Below are positions 17,042-26,464 of a stretch of 43,920 nucleotides of DNA, one piece after another. Location: NCBI GenBank assembly GCA_016204355.1, contig JACQKT010000014.1, forward strand, positions 1 through 43,920, written 5' to 3'. The DNA comes from Candidatus Liptonbacteria bacterium. GTDB taxonomy: Bacteria; Patescibacteriota; Minisyncoccia; UBA6257; 2-01-FULL-56-20. Within the stretch, counting starts at the first letter, position 1. Every line of letters starts with the position of its first letter. Under the pieces are notes generated by a model. It saw only the letters and a list, made by a program, of their open reading frames with translations. It ran no database searches and was not told the DNA's origin. Both the position numbers and the translations under genes were made by a program.

Positions 17042-19174
17042 CTAAAGTTTTTTTCCGCGCAGAAGCACGGCGTTAACCGCAACTATAACGGTCGAAAGAG
17101 ACATGAGAATCGCGGCCAGCGCCGGCTCTAAAAGAATTCCTTTGAACGCCAGAACCCCGGCCGCGAGCGGAATGGCAATAACGTTGTATCCCGTCGCCCA
17201 AAAAAGATTCTGTATCATTTTTGAGTATGTAAGTTTCGAGAGGCGGATTATTTTCGCTATGTCGCGAGGGTCGTTGCGCACGAGAATTATTCCTGCCGAT
17301 TCGATAGCGACATTCGTACCTGCACCTATCGCTATACCTAAATCCGCCTGCGCGAGCGCGGGAGCGTCATTGACTCCATCTCCGACCATGGCGACTTTTT
17401 GTCCTTTGCCCTGCAAAACTTTTACCTTTTCCGATTTTTCATGCGGCATAACTTTTGCGAAATATTCGTCGAGACCCAGTTCGCCGGCTACCCATTCGGC
17501 TACATCCACGTCGTCCCCAGTAACCATGGCCGTTTTAACCCCTATTTCGCGGAGAGCTTTCACTGCTTCGCGCGACTCGTCGCGTATAACGTCTGCCATG
17601 GCGAGTGCACCAATCGTTTTTCCGCCGACCATAACGACATTTATGGTCTCGCCTTTTTTTGAAAGAGCGTTTACTTTGTCCTTCAGTTCTCCGCCGACAG
17701 CGCCGTGCTCTTCCGCCAGAGCGATGCTGCCGACGATTATTTCTTCGCCGCCAACTTCCGCCCGGACTCCTTTGCCTGGTATTCTTTGGAAATTTTTTAT
17801 TTCGAACATCCCGAGATTCCTTTTTTTCGCTTCATCGAGCATCGCTTTTGCAAGAGGATGTTCAGAGTGAGCGTTTACAGAAGCGGCGTATTTGAGAACG
17901 TCGGCTTCGCCGCCTGTCGTAACGGAAATAACTTGTTCGACGCCGAATTCGCCCTTCGTCAACGTTCCTGTTTTGTCGAAAAGAACCGTATCTATCCCAC
18001 GGGCGGCTTCCAGGGCAAGACGCTGCTTGACCAAAAATCCGTTCCTCGCAGCCTTAGTTGTGGATATTGACGCGACAAGAGGTATGGCGAGACCCAGCGC
18101 GTGTGGACACGCGATCACAAGAACAGCCACCATGCGGTTGATTGCGAACGCCGCATCAGAAACCGCCAGCCAGGAAACGAGCGTTACGCCGCCCGTTACA
18201 ACGGCGATAATCGTAAGATAATACGCGGCTTTGTCGGAAAGTATCTGTAGGCGCGACTTGGAACTTTGCGCCTCGTTCACAAGGCGCATCACGCCCGACA
18301 AAAACGTTTCTTCTCCGATTTTCGTTACCGCAACACGCAAAGAACCGTCGCCGTTAGTCGCGCCGGCGATAACGCCATCTCCGGCTTTTTTCGTTACCGG
18401 CTTGGATTCGCCCGTTACTATGGATTCGTTGACGTCGGACGTCCCTTCTTCCACGATTCCGTCCGCGGGGATTTTTCCTCCGGGCTTTACAAGAACAATG
18501 TCACCTTTTTTGAGTTCCGACAGCGGAACTTTTTCGGTTCTTTCCCCTCTTACCAGCTCAGCCTCGTCTGGAATGAGTTTCGATATTTCTTTCAACGCGC
18601 TTTGTGCGCCGGAAACGGCTCTCATTTCAAGCCAGTGCCCCAGAAGCATGATGGTGATAAGCGTAGACAATTCCCAGAAAAGCGTATCTGTCCCGCCGGC
18701 AAAAATCACCGCGATGCTGTAGAAATATGCAACGGATATTGCAAGTGCGATAAGCGTCATCATGCCCGGAAGTTTCGCTTTCAGCTCGCGGTAGGCGGAA
18801 GCGACGAATATCCATCCCCCGTAGAAAAATATTATCGAGGAAAGAACGGCGGGCAGATATTGGGAACCGGGAAAAACCGGAGCCCTCCAGCCAAGAAGGG
18901 CCTGTGTTATACCCGAATAAACGACGACAGGAATACTCAAAATAAAACTTACCCAAAACTTCGTCCTAAAAATATTCGTTGAATGCCCTTCGTGCTTATT
19001 GAATCCGCCGCGCTTTTTGTGCGCATCATGCGCATCGCCACCCGTCTTTTTTTCTACGACAAGATTCATTCCGCATTCGGGACAAATCCCCGGCTTATCC
19101 CGCTTTATTTCGGGATGCATGGGACATATATAAGCCGGCACTCCTTCCGGCGCGTTTTCGCGATCGTGATTCAT
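17042..19174 (-). CDS. copB: P1B copper-exporting ATPase (CopB-like, CPH motif)
   Basis: CPMHP..CPECGM N-terminal metal domain, His-rich linker, TGES, CPHALG, DKTGT, HP, GDGVND, YN and MSLS. Confidence 0.9.
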   Translation of the reverse strand: MNHDRENAPEGVPAYICPMHPEIKRDKPGICPECGMNLVVEKKTGGDAHDAHKKRGGFNKHEGHSTNIFRTKFWVSFILSIPVVVYSGITQALLGWRAPVFPGSQYLPAVLSSIIFFYGGWIFVASAYRELKAKLPGMMTLIALAISVAYFYSIAVIFAGGTDTLFWELSTLITIMLLGHWLEMRAVSGAQSALKEISKLIPDEAELVRGERTEKVPLSELKKGDIVLVKPGGKIPADGIVEEGTSDVNESIVTGESKPVTKKAGDGVIAGATNGDGSLRVAVTKIGEETFLSGVMRLVNEAQSSKSRLQILSDKAAYYLTIIAVVTGGVTLVSWLAVSDAAFAINRMVAVLVIACPHALGLAIPLVASISTTKAARNGFLVKQRLALEAARGIDTVLFDKTGTLTKGEFGVEQVISVTTGGEADVLKYAASVNAHSEHPLAKAMLDEAKKRNLGMFEIKNFQRIPGKGVRAEVGGEEIIVGSIALAEEHGAVGGELKDKVNALSKKGETINVVMVGGKTIGALAMADVIRDESREAVKALREIGVKTAMVTGDDVDVAEWVAGELGLDEYFAKVMPHEKSEKVKVLQGKGQKVAMVGDGVNDAPALAQADLGIAIGAGTNVAIESAGIILVRNDPRDIAKIIRLSKLTYSKMIQNLFWATGYNVIAIPLAAGVLAFKGILLEPALAAILMSLSTVIVAVNAVLLRGKKL

Positions 19175-19198
19175 ATTTTTACTTTTTATTGCATTCGA

Positions 19199-19456
19199 TT
19201 ACGTGGTCTGCACGAAACGGTTGTGAAGCCAAGCAAAAACATAAGCAGTAACATAAGTAAGGATAAAGACCTCGATTACTCCGTATATGGCTTCAGGAAA
19301 ACTCACGCCAGCATCAAGGTTAACAAGGTGAACCATCCAGCTGAAAAGCGTGAGAGTCAAATCGGGAGCAAGAGCAACCAGTGCCGCGCAAATAGCTGAC
19401 CACACACCCATTACGGATGCTGCTGCCAAGGCGAATTTTGATTTGTTTAATTGCAT
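19199..19456 (-). CDS. Small two-TM membrane protein (DUF5676-like)
   Basis: Two hydrophobic helices with a Cys and WMVH; in the copper cluster. Confidence 0.65.
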   Translation of the reverse strand: MQLNKSKFALAAASVMGVWSAICAALVALAPDLTLTLFSWMVHLVNLDAGVSFPEAIYGVIEVFILTYVTAYVFAWLHNRFVQTT

Positions 19457-19495
19457 TTTTTTAAATATGTTGCCGGCCTTTAAATATTTTACTCT

Positions 19496-20404
19496 TTACA
19501 CTCCGCAGCCTGCGCCATTCGAGCCGTTAACCGGTTCGATTTGCTCGAGTATTTTCTGGAAACCGGAAAAACTCGAAAATTGATATCCGACTATCTGTTT
19601 CGGATCTGCGTTATCCCACTCAATGCCCCTTTTCTCCAAAAGCCTCGCTATCGCAAAATATGTGTCTGGAAACCAATATGAATTTACCTGAAGCGCGATT
19701 TTATACATTTCGTTTTCCGAAACACCCTGCGATGCCATCAATTCCAAAAGTCCCAGCATCGCCATGCCGTGATTGCAGTCGGGAAAATAAACTGAGTTGT
19801 CGCAACAGGGGCGGTAGATATTCTTACTGACGCTCTCCACCATGCGCTGCTGTTCCGGCGTCAATATAACGAACTGGTGGCGACTGTAGTGCGCCATCGC
19901 GCTTCCGCTCGCTATCGTCCAGCCGCCAGTCGACGCAAAATTCGCTGTGCCGCCGTATCTTGGATCCGCCATCGGTCCTTTTTCGAGAATTTCGTTTTTA
20001 TTCCCAAGTCCAGGCGCCCACAAAAGATTCAGCAAAAAATTGGCGTTTTCCGGCGTTATTTTCAGATTTCCGTTATCCGTTCTTTCAAGAAGTTTCTTTT
20101 CGGATGTGCTCAACCCCCCGCGTGCGGTGTAAATCGATTCCAATTTTTCCTTGTCTATGACTCCGGAACTCACGAGTTTTATCCCGAGGTCTCCCCAGCG
20201 CGCCGGTAAAGCAACGCCGTCCGGCGGAAGAACTTTTTCTTGAAGTGAGGCGTAAACGTTCCCGGTATTGTTTTTCTTCCCATCGAGGTTTGTGGAGTAC
20301 GTAAGAGCCCCGCCGATAATCAGGGCGGATACGGTTATGCTGACCGGCAAGAGATATTTTTCTTTCGGTTTTTCTATTTCTCGATTTTCGATTTTTTCTT
20401 CCAT
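19496..20404 (-). CDS. Membrane-anchored Cys/His-motif protein of unknown function
   Basis: N-terminal TM; YRPCCDN..FPDCNHG; C-terminal GAGCGV. Confidence 0.75.
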   Translation of the reverse strand: MEEKIENREIEKPKEKYLLPVSITVSALIIGGALTYSTNLDGKKNNTGNVYASLQEKVLPPDGVALPARWGDLGIKLVSSGVIDKEKLESIYTARGGLSTSEKKLLERTDNGNLKITPENANFLLNLLWAPGLGNKNEILEKGPMADPRYGGTANFASTGGWTIASGSAMAHYSRHQFVILTPEQQRMVESVSKNIYRPCCDNSVYFPDCNHGMAMLGLLELMASQGVSENEMYKIALQVNSYWFPDTYFAIARLLEKRGIEWDNADPKQIVGYQFSSFSGFQKILEQIEPVNGSNGAGCGV

Positions 20405-20420
20405 ATAATTAAGAATAACA

Positions 20421-20813
20421 TCAATCCCGAACTTTCAGAGGACATCCGCTTTCCGAAGACAGCCTATCCAGCCCCTGCTCGCCCTCGAGCTTTCTGCCGT
20501 CCGGCCCGCCTGCCGGCGAGGCAGGGAATGTCCATGTCGGATAACCGTTTATTCCTGCGGCTATGCATTTATCTGGTTCGTCAGGGCATTCTATGTAGGG
20601 AACGAATCTGAAAGAGCTGCCGAAACGGTTTTTTTCATCCTGGCAATGCGGACACCAGTCTGCGCCGTACATAGTTATTCCTTTTGAAGCGAGGCACTTG
20701 GCGAAAGAATCAAGCTGGCTGTATGTCTTTTCTTTTGGATAAAAAACTAATACGGCTGCTATTATTATCGCCGCGATTCCGATGAACGCGATTGCCGATT
20801 GTTTTTTATTCAT
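20421..20813 (-). CDS. Exported thioredoxin/glutaredoxin-like protein (VKOR partner type)
   Basis: TM anchor, MYGADWCPHC, YIEC, INGYPTW. Confidence 0.82.
   Translation of the reverse strand: MNKKQSAIAFIGIAAIIIAAVLVFYPKEKTYSQLDSFAKCLASKGITMYGADWCPHCQDEKNRFGSSFRFVPYIECPDEPDKCIAAGINGYPTWTFPASPAGGPDGRKLEGEQGLDRLSSESGCPLKVRD
20505..20525. repeat. 21-bp palindromic element in frame inside the thioredoxin-like gene
   Basis: Minus strand CCTGCCTCGCCGGCAGGCGGG encodes PASPAGG. Confidence 0.7.
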
Positions 20814-21318
20814 CGCAGCAATCCACCAATTTATCGACTATGTCTTTGTACGTCCACGGTTTTTTGTCCTGAGCCGATTCCGAAACAGCCAGTTCTTTGA
20901 AGCCGGCTGCGTCCAATACTTTCAGCCGCACCGCCCAAAAGAGCGAATATGTTTCGTAGGCGCGCCCGAATATTTCTTCCGCTTCTTTTTTCTTGCCGTC
21001 GGAATGAAGCTTAGTCCCAACCTCGATGAGGCGCATCGTCGTTCCAAGAAGGTGCTTTGAGATGCACCATGTTTCGCCTTCGTTCTTGTCCATCATTTTG
21101 GCGAGAAGCTCTTTTCGTATTCCCCGTATCCGATCCAGGAAATCGAAATACTTTGTCTTGCCGGTTTTCGTTCCGGTAAAAAAGAAATGCTCCTCCAAAC
21201 TTATCAGGTTCATTATTGCCAAGCTCAAATCCTCTTCGGTGGAAAGGTCGACACTGCCCGTTTTTTTCATTTCCTCGACTTTTTTTATGATTGATTCGAA
21301 TTTTTCTTTGTCGCTCAT
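20806..21318 (-). CDS. Cytoplasmic helical hypothetical protein
   Basis: Operonic overlap; LEEHF, WCISKH, C-terminal DCCDE. Confidence 0.75.
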   Translation of the reverse strand: MSDKEKFESIIKKVEEMKKTGSVDLSTEEDLSLAIMNLISLEEHFFFTGTKTGKTKYFDFLDRIRGIRKELLAKMMDKNEGETWCISKHLLGTTMRLIEVGTKLHSDGKKKEAEEIFGRAYETYSLFWAVRLKVLDAAGFKELAVSESAQDKKPWTYKDIVDKLVDCCDE

Positions 21319-21322
21319 GCTT

Positions 21323-22105
21323 TTAGAGAATAAAGATTATTAATCCTAAGGCGACCATCGCTATTCCTGTCCAAAGGCGCATATCCCTGTTTTCCCTGTT
21401 TTTCCATTCTTTTACTTTCTCCAACAAATCCCTGTCGCTGGCGGCGAAGAGTATTACAACCAACGGCAAAACGAAAATCAGGTTGTAAAAGAGAAGGTAA
21501 CCGAACCCTCTGAAATACGTCGCCTGGTCATGCAGAAGCCCCAGCACCATCAGGTACGGACCGCCCGTGCAAGGGAATTCGCATATTCCGACAAGGGCGC
21601 CGAGCAAAAATGCCGTCGGCGCCGAAGCTTTTTCCATAAGTTCGGCGATTTTGCCGTGTACCGTCTGCGGTATGCGCAGCTTGATCGGGAATGTCGGGAA
21701 AAGAACACTGACAACGTTAATAGCTCCGAATAAAAGGAGTAGTGAAGCTCCGACTTTTGCCATGAAGTGGGGTGTATTGAAGAGATGAAGCGTCTGGATG
21801 ATGCCCAAACCTATCAGAAGATAGATCATGAAGATGCCCGCGATATAAGCGGCCCCTATTTTAATGATTCCCGAGCGAGACGCGCCCAGACTGAAGAGAA
21901 ATGCAATCGTTACAAGAAGAATGGAAAAGGCACACGGGTTGATGCTGTCGAGCAATGCCGAAACCGTAACCAAAGGAAGCAGCCAGCTCCCTTCTCCACT
22001 AAGATTCCAAACGATTTTTGCTCCTAAGCTTTGCGAGTTAAGAAGCGCTACTGCGCCGACAAAAATCGTGGCAATCGAGGCAAAAATAATTATTTTTTTT
22101 CTCAT
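21323..22105 (-). CDS. CcdA/DsbD-like transmembrane electron transporter
   Basis: Multi-TM; DSINPCAF and CEFPCTGGPY membrane cysteines. Confidence 0.8.
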   Translation of the reverse strand: MRKKIIIFASIATIFVGAVALLNSQSLGAKIVWNLSGEGSWLLPLVTVSALLDSINPCAFSILLVTIAFLFSLGASRSGIIKIGAAYIAGIFMIYLLIGLGIIQTLHLFNTPHFMAKVGASLLLLFGAINVVSVLFPTFPIKLRIPQTVHGKIAELMEKASAPTAFLLGALVGICEFPCTGGPYLMVLGLLHDQATYFRGFGYLLFYNLIFVLPLVVILFAASDRDLLEKVKEWKNRENRDMRLWTGIAMVALGLIIFIL

Positions 22106-22108
22106 GCT

Positions 22109-22615
22109 TCAAGGAGTAACGTTCGACTTTATTTCGAATTCAAGGTATCCGGAATTCGTTTCGGCGCGGACAACTCTTTGAATCGGGCCGATTCCCGCCG
22201 GACCGTGGGCCGCCGGATCGAATATCACTTCCATTTTCGCTTTTTCCCCGGGTGCCAGCGATTCGCTAATGCCGGCGGCGAAGCCGTGTCCCTGCATGCC
22301 GAAGGGGCCGACGCTTTTGTCGCTTTTTATCAACGTTGCGGAAGTGCACATGCACGAAGTATAGATTCTCCCGATCGTCACGGGCGCTGAACCGATATTT
22401 TCGAACTCGAAGCTGTGCGAAACTTTTCCGTTCGCCATGGAAATCGTTCCGAAATCGAAAGTTTTTTCAGCGGACGCAAAACTTTCGGAAGTATTGTCGG
22501 CATTTTGGCCGCCGGTATCCGCTGATCCGTTGCGCGTACTTGAACCGCCGACGAAGTAAAGAGCGATAATTACAATGACCGTAACCAAAGAATAAATTAT
22601 TGTTGATTTTTTCAT
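22109..22615 (-). CDS. DUF1573-type Ig-like exported protein
   Basis: TM anchor, FDFGTI, YTSCMCT, FDPAAHGP; start MKKSTII at 22615. Confidence 0.75.
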   Translation of the reverse strand: MKKSTIIYSLVTVIVIIALYFVGGSSTRNGSADTGGQNADNTSESFASAEKTFDFGTISMANGKVSHSFEFENIGSAPVTIGRIYTSCMCTSATLIKSDKSVGPFGMQGHGFAAGISESLAPGEKAKMEVIFDPAAHGPAGIGPIQRVVRAETNSGYLEFEIKSNVTP

Positions 22616-22734
22616 TTTTGATTTAACTGGTTTATTTGGCTTGCTTTCCGGTTCGGAAAACAAAAACCGCCTGACACAAAACACGGGTTGCAAAAGACCG
22701 GCGGAATCAAAAGCTTCCGCGCGCAACCCGCGAA

Positions 22735-23118
22735 TCAGACGGCAATATTTTCTCTGAGAACCGCGAACCAATCCAAAAATCTGTGTCTGCGCGGGAAAAC
22801 AGGTTTTTTTAAAGAATCAAACGAACCGCTTTCTGCCGGCAAAAGTCCGGAAATCAAGCCTGGCAAGATTCCCGCGAAAGCAAACAGGAAGAAAAGCGCT
22901 GCGAAAATCAGCGGGATAACTGCGCTTGAAAAGCTTTTCAAAAAGTCGATATGAAACATCGCGACCGCGACAGCATTGTCCGTCATGCAGGAATTTCCGT
23001 AAGCGGAAGAAGCGAGACATCCATGACCCATGCCGAAATATGTATTCATGGCAAGAAAGCCGAAAACGCCCAAAAAGATGAAACTTGCCGCAACCAATAA
23101 TGCAACGTATGTCTTCAT
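22735..23118 (-). CDS. Small membrane protein with His/Cys/Met loop
   Basis: Two hydrophobic segments around MGHGC..NSCM; start ATG 23118. Confidence 0.65.
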   Translation of the reverse strand: MKTYVALLVAASFIFLGVFGFLAMNTYFGMGHGCLASSAYGNSCMTDNAVAVAMFHIDFLKSFSSAVIPLIFAALFFLFAFAGILPGLISGLLPAESGSFDSLKKPVFPRRHRFLDWFAVLRENIAV

Positions 23119-23196
23119 ATTTGCCGTAATGATATCAAAAATCGCCGAGCGCGGCAAATCCACGCACTTTCGAGCCGCCGCCACTTTGTTTCAAAA

Positions 23197-23670
23197 TTAT
23201 CCCGTTTTTTTCGATCTAAAAAACAGAAATGTCGCCGTCAGAAAAAGAAATGTCGAAGAAAAAGCGGAAATCATGCAGTAAAAGCAAATGTATTTTATTA
23301 CGAAAATCTGAAGATAAACGAAATATGCCGACGCAAAAGACCCTACTGGGGAAAAAATAAGCGCCGCTTTGAAAAACTTTTCAGAATGCCCGGAAAGAAA
23401 GAAAACCGACAGCGAAAAAATCGACAAGTAATAAACGGCCCCGATTATGCCGAGCGGTATGCCGAACATAACGGCATATTCGCTTGAGAGAACCTTGTCG
23501 CACCCCTCAACGATGAAACAATTTACAGCAGAGCCATTATAATGCTCTATCGTAAGATATATAGAATCGGCGAGTCCGACGAAACTTAAAAAAATAAAAA
23601 TCCACGCGGCGCGTTTAAACAAGGCTGAATTCCAAAAACCGACATTTTGAGCTTCGGTGGATATAATCAT
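23197..23670 (-). CDS. Vitamin K epoxide reductase (VKOR) family protein
   Basis: C-x5-CDKVLSS loop, four TMs, ICFYCM. Confidence 0.88.
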   Translation of the reverse strand: MIISTEAQNVGFWNSALFKRAAWIFIFLSFVGLADSIYLTIEHYNGSAVNCFIVEGCDKVLSSEYAVMFGIPLGIIGAVYYLSIFSLSVFFLSGHSEKFFKAALIFSPVGSFASAYFVYLQIFVIKYICFYCMISAFSSTFLFLTATFLFFRSKKTG

Positions 23671-23697
23671 TCCGCAGATTGTACTTCATTCAGGAAT

Positions 23698-25332
23698 TTA
23701 ATTCCAGACTACTTTTATTCTGTTAACGTTGGCCGGCAGTTTTATCAGCCAGAAAGGCCAGAGGGAAATTTTCGCATTTGAAAGGTCTGGGAGCCCTATC
23801 ACTTTTGCCCTCGCCTCGCCCAAACCTTTGCCTGCAATTTCGGCTTTGAGCGCATCTTCCGAAACCCGGGGTTCCAGCGTGCCGTCGACAACTACGATAA
23901 AGGTCAATATACCGGAATTCAGATCGGCTTTCACGTTTTTATAATCGATTTTAAGGTCTGTAAACGTTTTCCCCTGATAATCCCGCGACGCAATCGATTC
24001 GAAAAGCGACTTGAGGTGCTCGTCTTTAAAAGCGATTGCCTGAAAAGACGCCTCTCCGAAAACACTGAAGTTGCCGTTTTCATCGGTAGTTTTATTCGCG
24101 TTCAGTTTGGTTATGGCGATGGACGAAGCCCCATCCAAAATATTGAACCCGTCCGGCCTGCCACTCAAAAAACCGCTCTGAAGCGTATCTTTCAGGCTTT
24201 GCTCGGTTTTGCCTTTTGCCAAGGAAATATCCTGATCCGTCGCCACGGCTTTTTCTCCGATAAAACCGCCCGCCGCCGGCTGGGGCATGGTTCCGTAAAA
24301 ACCTTCGTAACGCGGCGTTCCCTTGAATCCAGGAATCGTAAGCTTTTCGAACGGGCCGATGTTGTAATCCGTCCCGGCTTTATCGGCTGTCACAGAAGCT
24401 TCTATGCTAGATGGAGTTATTTTGCCGTCTTTCGTTACTGCGCCAGGAACAACGACTTGCTTATCGAGGCGGAAAATTTTTCCATCGGGCGTTGCGAAAC
24501 GAGTTGTGGCAACGAGCGTCTGTTTTGTCGAACTATAAACGTTGTAAATGAGTATTCTTGCCGTGGCTTTGTCAGATACCTGCGTCCTTCCCGACGCCGG
24601 AAAAATCCGCGTCATATTCTTTTCCTGCCTGAAAATTTCCGCAGGCAGATTATTTTTCGAAGTGTCTACTGTAGAAAATGTTTTGCTCGCGGTTATCGTT
24701 CCTTCATAATGCCATGGGGTTTTTTTGAAGCTTAAAGATACTTCCGCTTTTCCCCAAAAAGCTCCCGCCGCCCAGCCTGCTCCCAGAACGAAAACGCAGA
24801 CCGTCAGGATCAGGGCTGTGGTCTTTTTCATACCGAACCTGAAACGTTTTTTTTCTTTGTGTTCGCGAACCGGAGCTTCTTCTTTTTCCTCCGCAAAGCG
24901 CTTTTTAGCAATCGATTCCTCTCTCGCTTTTTCCCAGAAAGATTCTCCCGGAGTATTTTCTTCGATTTTGAGTTTTTTCGCAGGCTTGGAGTTCTTGCTT
25001 TCGATTTCCGCTTTTTCTTTATCTCCTTTTTTCAAAGGGAGAATATCGGAAATGAAATGGGAAGAATCCTTTTTCTCCTTTTCGGCCGGGGAAAGTTTTG
25101 TCTGGATTCCCGCCTTTTCCGCGGTCTCAAGAATGTCTTTATCCGGAGAATCAACGGATATTTTCTTGCCCGCCGTTTCCGCCTCTCTTTTTATCAATTC
25201 AAAATCGGGAACAGAGCCCTTCAGTTCCGAATTGGCGGAAATAAACAAAACTATTTCTTTTTTCCTGCTTTCCAGTATTTTTTCGACTATTTTCGGAACC
25301 GAATCTTTTTTTGTTATTGATATTTTTTCCAT
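23698..25332 (-). CDS. Single-TM protein with baseplate-J-like extracellular region
   Basis: Charged N-terminus, TM, KATARILIYN..TRFATPDGK..VTADKAGTDYNI..GG. Confidence 0.65.
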   Translation of the reverse strand: MEKISITKKDSVPKIVEKILESRKKEIVLFISANSELKGSVPDFELIKREAETAGKKISVDSPDKDILETAEKAGIQTKLSPAEKEKKDSSHFISDILPLKKGDKEKAEIESKNSKPAKKLKIEENTPGESFWEKAREESIAKKRFAEEKEEAPVREHKEKKRFRFGMKKTTALILTVCVFVLGAGWAAGAFWGKAEVSLSFKKTPWHYEGTITASKTFSTVDTSKNNLPAEIFRQEKNMTRIFPASGRTQVSDKATARILIYNVYSSTKQTLVATTRFATPDGKIFRLDKQVVVPGAVTKDGKITPSSIEASVTADKAGTDYNIGPFEKLTIPGFKGTPRYEGFYGTMPQPAAGGFIGEKAVATDQDISLAKGKTEQSLKDTLQSGFLSGRPDGFNILDGASSIAITKLNANKTTDENGNFSVFGEASFQAIAFKDEHLKSLFESIASRDYQGKTFTDLKIDYKNVKADLNSGILTFIVVVDGTLEPRVSEDALKAEIAGKGLGEARAKVIGLPDLSNAKISLWPFWLIKLPANVNRIKVVWN

Positions 25333-25345
25333 TCCCTTTAAAAAA

Positions 25346-26455
25346 TTACGTAGACGAGCCGAGCCAATTCAGGCGCCGCTTCAGCCAGTCGTTTATCTCG
25401 CTTTCGCTATTATCATAATAGAATTCGAAGAAAGGCGCGAGCTGTTGAAAAACTTCGGAATCCGGCGATGGTTTTCGCATGTCGATCTCGAATCCCGATT
25501 TTTCGATAAAACCGCGAAAAGGCGGCTCGCAAAAAGGATTTTTGCCTATTAAATCAACCCTAATATTGCCGATTACGTAAATTTTGGCGCTGGTTTTAAG
25601 TTTTTTTATCTGCGATAAAAGGTTTTTTACCGCCTTTGAAAAGATTTTTTTGAAATATCTATCGAGAGATACCGAAACTCCTTCGCCCGCATAATATTCA
25701 TAGACATTCGCGGCGGCTTTTGAATTCAGGTCCCAAATTCCTTTTATTTCGTCCGTCAGCGCGTCAACGGACCACCTGATTTCTTTTCTGGCGGTCGCTT
25801 TATCAGGATCCTCTTCCGGATAGTAAAGGTAACTCTTTTGCTTGCAAACCGATAAAAGATCCGCGCGTTTCGAATCAGTTCTGGCTATCGCCGAAGCCTG
25901 CGCCTGCCACTTTTCGGTAAAGAAGAAATCCTTTTTCTTTCTTACGGCTTTCACTCTTTCGAAAGTATCCCGCCCCGCGAAGGTCATTTTTATAACCGCT
26001 CTTATTTCCGCAGGTTTGAATCCCAATGGGTTTATGACCCTGTGCCCATCGATCTCGAATTCAGAAATATTGCTGTCCGCCAAAATGGTGTCGAGTTCAT
26101 CCATCCCAAGCACCAAACTCGCCTCTCGGCGGCAATGATTGAAAATTTTCGCTATTGCCTGCGCCAAAATATTTTCGAGTTCAGTTCTTTCAATCGGCTT
26201 ATTGGAACTTTCCCTTTTCATCGAAAGAGGCACGAATATCTTAAAGGCGAGCTCCGGCTCGCAGGCAACTATGGTTTTATCGGCAAAAACAGGCACGCGC
26301 GAGCGGCCGGAGGAAAGGTCTTTTTCCATATTTTCCCAAACCTTTTCCTTTCTTATTTTTTTCCGATCATCGAGACTTATCAAAAGTCCGCTTATCTTTT
26401 CGGCAGAAACATCGAGCAACAGAAATTTTTCCTTAGTTTTGAAAATTGGCCACAT
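25346..26455 (-). CDS. Divergent FtsA/ASKHA-like protein
   Basis: FLLLDVS start, IDGHRVINPLG motif typical of FtsA subdomain 1C; ATP motifs not recognisable. Confidence 0.55.
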   Translation of the reverse strand: MWPIFKTKEKFLLLDVSAEKISGLLISLDDRKKIRKEKVWENMEKDLSSGRSRVPVFADKTIVACEPELAFKIFVPLSMKRESSNKPIERTELENILAQAIAKIFNHCRREASLVLGMDELDTILADSNISEFEIDGHRVINPLGFKPAEIRAVIKMTFAGRDTFERVKAVRKKKDFFFTEKWQAQASAIARTDSKRADLLSVCKQKSYLYYPEEDPDKATARKEIRWSVDALTDEIKGIWDLNSKAAANVYEYYAGEGVSVSLDRYFKKIFSKAVKNLLSQIKKLKTSAKIYVIGNIRVDLIGKNPFCEPPFRGFIEKSGFEIDMRKPSPDSEVFQQLAPFFEFYYDNSESEINDWLKRRLNWLGSST

Positions 26456-26464
26456 TAATTTGGA

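Noticed and set aside
22616-22771. N-terminal extension of the DUF1573 ORF (likewise greA 14668-14709, znuC 31438-31506, 23119-23184)
   Set aside because: Upstream in-frame starts overlap neighbours or repeats; downstream ATGs give typical N-termini
23698-25332. Prophage or contractile injection system
   Set aside because: No tail, sheath, capsid or integrase genes; flanked by housekeeping genes
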